Below are positions 9,110-15,351 of a DNA stretch of 20,000 bases, piece after piece (the stretch's first letter is position 1; each line of letters opens with the position of its first letter). The position numbers and the translations under genes are program-made. The notes below the pieces were generated by a model, which was not told the DNA's origin, ran no database searches, and saw only the letters and a program-made list of their open reading frames with translations. The stretch lies in IMG/VR virus record IMGVR_UViG_3300025809_000009; one strand, written 5' to 3'. This stretch comes from an uncultured virus (IMG/VR IMGVR_UViG_3300025809_000009) (lineage: Duplodnaviria > Heunggongvirae > Uroviricota > Caudoviricetes).

Positions 9110-9732
9110 TGGCCAAGATGATAGACAAAGGAGTCAAGAGGGCATTAGATCTTGAAATTCGAAAAAACAAACAATTGATAAATGAAGGAAGATTAATAAT
9201 TGAATCTCAATTCAAAGTGGCTCATGGAAAATTAATGCAAGATTTTGAATCCCACGCAATAACAAGAGAGCTAAAAAGAGGCCCCGCTTCTAAAAATTTA
9301 AGCGGAACTTTACCAGAAGGAAACTTATTTGGATTTATAGGTTTTGAAATTGGAGATGATCCAGTATATGAATTACAAAATCTTTTACAGCGCACAAATA
9401 TATTAATAAAAAGAAGAAAGTTTGGATCTTTTGGTTTTGTTTGGAGTTTTGCGGTAAATATACCAACATTAAAAGATCTTTATGCAGCCACCCCATTGCC
9501 TTGGGCAAAAGGAGCAAGCTGGCTACAGCAGCTAGAAGGTCAAGGCATAGCTAATTTAGGTCAATACATGCACGCAAAAAGCCCTCCAGCAGGACGATCA
9601 GGAGCGGGAATCCAATCCGGCAGGGAGTCGGGAGGCAGATTAAAAAAACAATATATAAAACCTTTATTGAAAGATTTTGAAACCAACTTAAACACCCTAT
9701 CTGCAACAAGATTATCTAAATCTTATTTTTAA
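9109..9732 (+). CDS. Putative tail completion / neck protein (207 aa)
   Basis: Basic protein, coupled to the upstream gene by a TAATG overlap. It ends in a KQYIKPLLKDF motif like HK97-gp10/tail-completion proteins and sits in the canonical position. Confidence 0.5.
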   Translation: MAKMIDKGVKRALDLEIRKNKQLINEGRLIIESQFKVAHGKLMQDFESHAITRELKRGPASKNLSGTLPEGNLFGFIGFEIGDDPVYELQNLLQRTNILIKRRKFGSFGFVWSFAVNIPTLKDLYAATPLPWAKGASWLQQLEGQGIANLGQYMHAKSPPAGRSGAGIQSGRESGGRLKKQYIKPLLKDFETNLNTLSATRLSKSYF

Positions 9733-10584
9733 ATGAAGCCACAATTCCAACATCAAGTTACTACAAGTTTTGTCTTATGGGCTGACAATTTTATAACTAA
9801 AAAAGCGGACGCATTCTCAAGCAAGTCGTCTGATTTTTATGCAGACACCGGAGACGCGAGGCTTGGCCCCGGGTTGGTGTCTTACAATAGCCCCTACAAG
9901 CAATGGGTTAGCGACGAAAGCATAGAGGGGGCGAACATACCTAGCGGCGTTTACGACAATGGAACATTCGTTCCAAGAGGGCAAGACGGATTAAAAATTG
10001 ATTTTGACAATGGGCGAGTGATATTCGATTCAAGTTTTGGAGCAAATAAAACTACATTAAGTGGAGATTATACAGTAAAAGATTTTAACTTTTATATAAC
10101 AAATCAAACAGAAGAGCAATTGATAGTTGAAAGTAAATTTGATTCAAATAGCAGATTCAAGCAGTCGCTAGGAGGAATTGAGCCTTATAAACAAGTCATA
10201 CCTGCAATTTTTGTAAACTCGGAAATGGCAGAAAATGAACCGTTTGCATTCGGAGGAGAAGATAAAACCACCACAAGTATTCGTTGCGTTGTTTTTGCAG
10301 AAAATACATACCAACTTGATGGCGCTTTATCCGTTTTTGCTGATTCAAAAAATGAAGTCTTTGCTAAATTAGGTTTTGAAGATTTTCCGCTAACAGAATA
10401 CGGAGACACTACAGGTTTTAATTATAAAGAGCTTGCAACATCAAAACGAGAAACTTTTTTTCATATAGAAGAGGCGAGAGTTTCAAAATTAAGCGACAGA
10501 ATAAGCAAAAATATAGACCCATCTCTTTTTGTAGGCTTTATAGATTTCGAAATAACCAACCTAAGGTATCCTCGCTTTTCTTAA
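9733..10584 (+). CDS. Putative tail terminator protein (283 aa)
   Basis: Directly precedes the tube gene. The C-terminal half has PAIFV...FAFGG...IRCVVFAENTYQLDGALSVF, a lambda-gpU/T5-p142-like pattern. The N-terminal half has a beta-rich IDFDNGRVIF segment. Confidence 0.55.
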   Translation: MKPQFQHQVTTSFVLWADNFITKKADAFSSKSSDFYADTGDARLGPGLVSYNSPYKQWVSDESIEGANIPSGVYDNGTFVPRGQDGLKIDFDNGRVIFDSSFGANKTTLSGDYTVKDFNFYITNQTEEQLIVESKFDSNSRFKQSLGGIEPYKQVIPAIFVNSEMAENEPFAFGGEDKTTTSIRCVVFAENTYQLDGALSVFADSKNEVFAKLGFEDFPLTEYGDTTGFNYKELATSKRETFFHIEEARVSKLSDRISKNIDPSLFVGFIDFEITNLRYPRFS

Positions 10585-10646
10585 AACTTCCCTTTTTTAT
10601 ACAAAAAATGTAATAGAAACAGAATCTAATCTTATTAATAAATATT

Positions 10647-12026
10647 ATGGCACAAAATTTACCAGGACGAGCAAGAGTAATTTACCAGAGTGAAGCATTA
10701 TATGCTGGGACGGTAAATGCTACAGGGCACCATTTTAGCGTTTCTAATGACGCTTGGTCAACAAAATCAGGAGTGGCGAAACTCGCAGACGTTCCAGCTG
10801 GCTACGAAGTCAGAACGGGAATCGAGCAGTTGCGCAGAGTACAAAATGCAAATTATAGTTTTAGCGTTAATCGGCAAGATGTTAATCAATTTGGACAGTT
10901 AGCTAGAATTGATTCTGTTTCCATTGAACCGCCGACAGTAACTCTTGATTTTTCTTACTACCTGACAAACGGCATTAACGAAAGAATTCTAGGAATGAAT
11001 GTTGACGGAACTTCAAGCGCCTTAGCGGATGATATTATCGGAGGTACTGAGTGCGGACAAAACCTTAATGCAGATGGAAAAAACTTTTTTATATTAACTA
11101 CCTGCGAAGGTCACGATGCAGTAGGCAATCAAGACATGGATGACGGCAAAAGCGTTATTGCATTAGGAAACGGTTATGTTTCGAACTATTCCATAGAAGC
11201 CTCTGTGGGAAGTATGCCAACCGCAAATGTTACTGTTGATGGATTAAATTTAAAGAGTTACGTTGGAAGCACAGGCTTAGACATTCCGGCAGTAAATTCT
11301 AATTTTGGGATTCCAATTTCAGACATACATTTTAATATTCCTCCGGCAGTTAGCGGTGTTCTTAACGACAGTGCTGCAGGAGGTTTAGATACCGAAGAAG
11401 AAGGTTGGTCCTGCTTGCGTCCTGGAGACATAACAATGTCCCTAGGAACAGACGGAAGAGCTGCAGAGTTCGAGCTTCTTCCAGGGAACGATCCTCGAGG
11501 AGATCTTGGTTATGGAAGAACAGCGGGCGGTTTTGATATCTCTACAGGTGCTGGCTACCAGGGCGTCAACGATAATCCAATGCATGATTATACCGTTGAT
11601 GGCTCAGCTCACGTCCAAAGCTTTAGTATCGATGTTCCGATGTCAAGAACAGTTCTTAACAGACTTGGAACTCCTTATGGATACTCAAGAGTTGTTGATT
11701 ACCCTTTAAATATTTCTGTTAGCGTAAACGCTATTATGGCAGATCTTAAAGCTGGAAACGTAGCGGATCTCATCTGGAACACAGAGGAGCATGATCTAGT
11801 ATTCACTCTTAGAGAACCAAACCAATACGGAACAGGCTCTGTTGCGATGCAGTATATAGTTAAAGGCGCACTGCTAGAAGGAGAATCTTTCAGTTCCTCA
11901 ATTGGGGATAATAAATCAGTAGATTTAACATTTACTGCTCAAGTCGGCGGACCCGAAGATCTCGCAAGAGGTTTGAGGATACTCGGCTCAAGGAATGCTC
12001 TCACCATCACTGGTAAATTCGCCTAA
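10647..12026 (+). CDS. Major tail tube protein with an internally duplicated tube domain (459 aa)
   Basis: Two similar halves: RVQNANYSFSVNRQDVNQFG / HVQSFSIDVPMSRTVLNRLG, and GNGYVSNYSIEASVG / KGALLEGESFSSSIG. Follows the neck genes and is followed by a strong terminator. Confidence 0.75.
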   Translation: MAQNLPGRARVIYQSEALYAGTVNATGHHFSVSNDAWSTKSGVAKLADVPAGYEVRTGIEQLRRVQNANYSFSVNRQDVNQFGQLARIDSVSIEPPTVTLDFSYYLTNGINERILGMNVDGTSSALADDIIGGTECGQNLNADGKNFFILTTCEGHDAVGNQDMDDGKSVIALGNGYVSNYSIEASVGSMPTANVTVDGLNLKSYVGSTGLDIPAVNSNFGIPISDIHFNIPPAVSGVLNDSAAGGLDTEEEGWSCLRPGDITMSLGTDGRAAEFELLPGNDPRGDLGYGRTAGGFDISTGAGYQGVNDNPMHDYTVDGSAHVQSFSIDVPMSRTVLNRLGTPYGYSRVVDYPLNISVSVNAIMADLKAGNVADLIWNTEEHDLVFTLREPNQYGTGSVAMQYIVKGALLEGESFSSSIGDNKSVDLTFTAQVGGPEDLARGLRILGSRNALTITGKFA

Positions 12027-12043
12027 TTAATAATTAATTCTTT

Positions 12044-12078
12044 AAAGCCTGCCCCTTAAAAAAGGGGCGGGTTTTTTT
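12044..12078 (+). terminator. Rho-independent terminator after the tube gene
   Basis: GCCTGCCCCTT-AAAA-AAGGGGCGGGT stem followed by a T7 run (12072-12078). Confidence 0.88.
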
Positions 12079-12093
12079 GAATTTACTCATAAA

Positions 12094-12213
12094 GAGCATA
12101 TTATAATGTATCGATTCCTCTAGTCGATAAAAAGCGAGCATGAGCAGGCTACGCTTAGGGAATGGATGGTATGCTCCGAGGTTGTTCGCTCGTTAAAACG
12201 AACGAACATTTTT
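12094..12213 (+). ncRNA. Candidate structured non-coding RNA of unknown class
   Basis: An 11-bp closing stem (12094-12104/12166-12176, two G-U) encloses hairpins 12109-12129 and 12132-12156. A further hairpin at 12183-12208 is followed by T5. No ORF. Confidence 0.4.
12183..12213. terminator. Hairpin, possible (bidirectional) terminator
   Basis: TGTTCGCTCGT-TAAA-ACGAACGAACA followed by TTTTT on the + strand; it lies just past the stop of the minus-strand gene 12217-13335. Confidence 0.55.
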
Positions 12214-12216
12214 AAT

Positions 12217-13335
12217 TTAAGCTCTGTAGAACTTTAAGCCTCCGCTAGCAGTAACTCCAAACGAAAAAGAAGAACTTACCGAAGCGTCTGCCCCGATTGC
12301 CTGGGAATAACTTTGTTGTTTTAGCTGGGCGTTTTCAATTTTAAAAGAATTTATATTGGTTATTCCTCCAGATCCGTCTCTTTCTGTGTGAGATATTATC
12401 ATATCGTATCTTGATCCTTGCGTAAAAAAAGAGTCTATCTCTCCTGTATAAAATTCTCTAAGAGTCATATCCATAGATACGGACCCAATCACAGGAAACT
12501 TAAGTTTTCGGTCGAACACATAATTACTTCCAAAGCCATAAATATCCTGTCTAGGGATTGGAAGGTTTATGTTTATGTTTTGTATAGCAGCTTCCACATC
12601 GTCTAGAACTGCTCCCCCGTGGGCTCCTGCGTTTTTGGTTATATTTATTATGATTCCCCCAGGCATTATTGCTGGTACATCATTATCTGTATGAGGATTC
12701 AAAGAGTCTTCGTTCAAAACCAATCTTTCCTGTGAGGGTTTATTTTCAACCCCAAGCTTGATAGATGGAAAATAAGGAGGATTGTGCTCTTTATATTCAT
12801 CAAACCTCATATTACTACAAAGAAAAGATACAGAGCAAACAGGAAGCTGCCCGACAGAGGCTGAGTATTCGTAAGTTTTTAAAAAAGAATTACCAAAACC
12901 TACTACATTATAACCAGAAAACCCCTGTTGATCTGTTACGTTATTTAAATCCCTATGGCCGCAACCTCCTGCGTCGGCGATCAAGAATAAATTAACATCA
13001 TCAGTTCCTTGGGTATTGTAAAAATTCTTTAATAAGCTTCCGTCGGATCCAAGATAAAAACCTAATGATTCTTCGTTTTCTCCGCTGGAAAATATATACG
13101 ACATACTACAGTCGATTTCTGGTTGGCGAATAATTGGAGATTCATCGTCTTGAGAGACTAGTATATCGGAGCCTATCGCTTTTACATCTAAAGCCGGGTG
13201 AGAAAAGCTGTATTCCATACTCTGAACTCTGGTTAAATCCCCAGAGGTTGAAGCTGCGTCCTTGTATCCAGGAAAATCAGTTATTAAAACCCCAAACCTT
13301 TCGTAACTTATTCGATCTACTTTGGATTTACCCAT
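12217..13335 (-). CDS. Second, paralogous tail tube-like protein (possible baseplate/tip tube protein; 372 aa)
   Basis: Motifs are colinear with 10647-12026: LTRVQSMEYSFSHPALDVKAIG, VGFGNSFLKTYEYSASVGQLP, IQNININLPIPRQDIYGFG...KFP, QLKQQSYSQAIG. Confidence 0.7.
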   Translation of the reverse strand: MGKSKVDRISYERFGVLITDFPGYKDAASTSGDLTRVQSMEYSFSHPALDVKAIGSDILVSQDDESPIIRQPEIDCSMSYIFSSGENEESLGFYLGSDGSLLKNFYNTQGTDDVNLFLIADAGGCGHRDLNNVTDQQGFSGYNVVGFGNSFLKTYEYSASVGQLPVCSVSFLCSNMRFDEYKEHNPPYFPSIKLGVENKPSQERLVLNEDSLNPHTDNDVPAIMPGGIIINITKNAGAHGGAVLDDVEAAIQNININLPIPRQDIYGFGSNYVFDRKLKFPVIGSVSMDMTLREFYTGEIDSFFTQGSRYDMIISHTERDGSGGITNINSFKIENAQLKQQSYSQAIGADASVSSSFSFGVTASGGLKFYRA

Positions 13336-13344
13336 TAAATGAAG

Positions 13345-13369
13345 TACACCTTTTTATCAATTAAGTGTA
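13345..13369. promoter_or_regulatory. TACAC-N15-GTGTA dyad, candidate back-to-back phage late promoters
   Basis: Lies between divergent starts 13335(-) and 13386(+). Confidence 0.65.
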
Positions 13370-13385
13370 TTTACAAAAGACCGCC

Positions 13386-15329
13386 ATGCCAAATAGTAAA
13401 ATTTCAGAACTTAAAGAAGCTTTTGCGCTGCGATCGGAGAACATTCTGGATTCTTTTCCGACGCAAGCTCAAATTTCTGGGCATGGAAACGGAGACAATA
13501 ACGCCTCTTTAATTATAGCAAGAGCAAACTCTCACAATGAGAAAATTTCCTATAATCATTTAAAATCCTCTTTATTAGACAAGAGCGTTTTGCTTACCGG
13601 AAATCAACTTATCAGCGGTCAAAAAACTTTCACAGACCCTTGCACTTTCTTAAGTAGAACAAACATTAATGAAATTTTTGATGAAACGCAGACAGGGGAT
13701 ATAAGTGGAAATATTTTTGTTGGCACAAGCGGTTTATTTCAGAAAATTGGCATATCAAATATTTTTCACGAAAGAGATGATGAGCCATCTTATACGTTGC
13801 ATGCTTCTGGAGATTCTTGTTTCTTGGGGGGCATAACTAACACCGGATACCATAGACATATAGGCAATATTTACAGGATCGGAGATTCAAACCTTCTAGG
13901 TGATTTCAATATCACCGGAGATTCTTGGAGAATTGGCGACGTAGATATGAAAGGTGATTTCTATATCTCAGGAAATTTCTTCACTCAAATAGGGGATTCT
14001 ACCAGGTCTGGAGATCAGCTTGTAATTGGTGATATTACTCATACTGGTTACCACAGGCAAAAAGGAGATTTTTATAGAATAGGCGAATCTGATTTTATTG
14101 GAGACTTCTCGGTTACTGGCGACTCATTAATGGTAGGCGATATCAAAATGGAGGGTAACTATTATTTGACTGGAGATTTTACCCAAACAGGAAATTCAAC
14201 TATTTTTGGGGACGAAAGGGTTACGGGAGATGTTCATGTTGGAGAGTACATTTACCACTACCAAGACGAAGATACATTTATTAAACTTGAAGAAGATCAG
14301 ATATCGTTATCTGTAAACGCACATTCAGAAATCTTAATCAGCGAATCGAATAATGATTTCATCTCTTTTTCTACTTCTGGAGAAGAGCAAATGCGGATAG
14401 ATAACTCTGGATTCGTTGGGATTAATACTGTAGACACGCTCGGAGAACTCTCGGTAACAGGAGACTCTTTTCTTGAAAATATTTTTGTATACGACGAATT
14501 TGCTAAAAAATTCAACAAGGTTTATGGGGGGGACGACGAAACAATATCTTTCTCAACGCCGATAAAGGGTGGCAAAAAAAGATACTTGATAGATTTACCC
14601 AAAACTTTTAAAGAAAAGCCTATATTATCTGTATCTCTTGAAAGTTGTGACGGGAATGTTATTTTGCCCTTTATTTTACAAGATGCGAATAGATATGAAT
14701 TTTATATACAATTCCACAGAAACCTCCCTAATACAAAATACATAGTGAGAACAACTGCATTATGTTCTTCTGTAATGCAAAACAAAAATGAATTGAATTA
14801 TAAAAATTTTCCGTATTGCTCCTCTATGGATCCGGGGGCAAATCGTCACGGAATGCAGAGGTTTTATTTTACGCCAGCGCAAGATTCAGCGACACAGGAA
14901 ATTCATTTCCCATTGATATATGAAAACATACCGAATATTTCAATCAATGTCGAAGGCCCAGGGTTTGTTGTTCCATATGTGGTTTCAAATATAACAAAAG
15001 AATCTTTCACCTTAAAACTTGGGGCAAAATTAACGAAAAACCACGTTGTGCACTGTTGCTCTAGCGAGCCTGGATTCCATAGGCTAGGGCAAAAGCTTAT
15101 TTATAACGCTCAATGGTTTGAGGATCAAGGAGATTATTTATCGTTCAGAGAGTTTCATCCTGGAAATGGATTCTACAGGCCGGAGTTTGTTACGTCCCTG
15201 CCTGCCTTAGAATTATGGGAGTTAAATTCAATCAGCGGAACAATAAAACCTAGATGCGAACCTTATGCTTCTGAAGATGCTGTACCTTATTTCTTTGAGA
15301 GGACCGGAAACTACTTAACCACTCCATAA
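13386..15329 (+). CDS. Tail fibre/spike-like protein A (647 aa)
   Basis: Start probably ATG 13386 (MPNSKISEL). Has the fibre motif LTGNQLISGQKTF, a GD-hexapeptide beta-repeat shaft, a MRIDNSGFVGI motif and two C-terminal (F/L)PxxF/YxxxP (H-type-lectin-like) domains. Confidence 0.75.
   Translation: MPNSKISELKEAFALRSENILDSFPTQAQISGHGNGDNNASLIIARANSHNEKISYNHLKSSLLDKSVLLTGNQLISGQKTFTDPCTFLSRTNINEIFDETQTGDISGNIFVGTSGLFQKIGISNIFHERDDEPSYTLHASGDSCFLGGITNTGYHRHIGNIYRIGDSNLLGDFNITGDSWRIGDVDMKGDFYISGNFFTQIGDSTRSGDQLVIGDITHTGYHRQKGDFYRIGESDFIGDFSVTGDSLMVGDIKMEGNYYLTGDFTQTGNSTIFGDERVTGDVHVGEYIYHYQDEDTFIKLEEDQISLSVNAHSEILISESNNDFISFSTSGEEQMRIDNSGFVGINTVDTLGELSVTGDSFLENIFVYDEFAKKFNKVYGGDDETISFSTPIKGGKKRYLIDLPKTFKEKPILSVSLESCDGNVILPFILQDANRYEFYIQFHRNLPNTKYIVRTTALCSSVMQNKNELNYKNFPYCSSMDPGANRHGMQRFYFTPAQDSATQEIHFPLIYENIPNISINVEGPGFVVPYVVSNITKESFTLKLGAKLTKNHVVHCCSSEPGFHRLGQKLIYNAQWFEDQGDYLSFREFHPGNGFYRPEFVTSLPALELWELNSISGTIKPRCEPYASEDAVPYFFERTGNYLTTP
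14010..14461 (+). repeat. Dispersed near-identical repeat, copy 1 (copy 2 at 16579-17030)
   Basis: Colinear at a constant offset of 2569 nt with long exact runs (e.g. GGAGATTTTACCCAAACAGGAAATTCAACTATTTTTGGGGACGAAAGGGTTACGGGAGATGTTCAT). Confidence 0.93.
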
Positions 15330-15332
15330 AAA

Positions 15333-15337
15333 GTGTA
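15333..15337 (+). promoter_or_regulatory. GTGTA motif upstream of fibre B
   Basis: AAAAGTGTAC, 14 nt before ATG 15352, within a 22-nt intergenic gap. Confidence 0.55.
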
Positions 15338-15351
15338 CATACAACTTGAAA

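Noticed and set aside
12094..12176. tRNA or hammerhead ribozyme
   Set aside because: No T-loop (GTTCRA) or third arm in a cloverleaf position, and no CUGANGA/GAAA core on either strand. Kept only as an unclassified structured RNA candidate.
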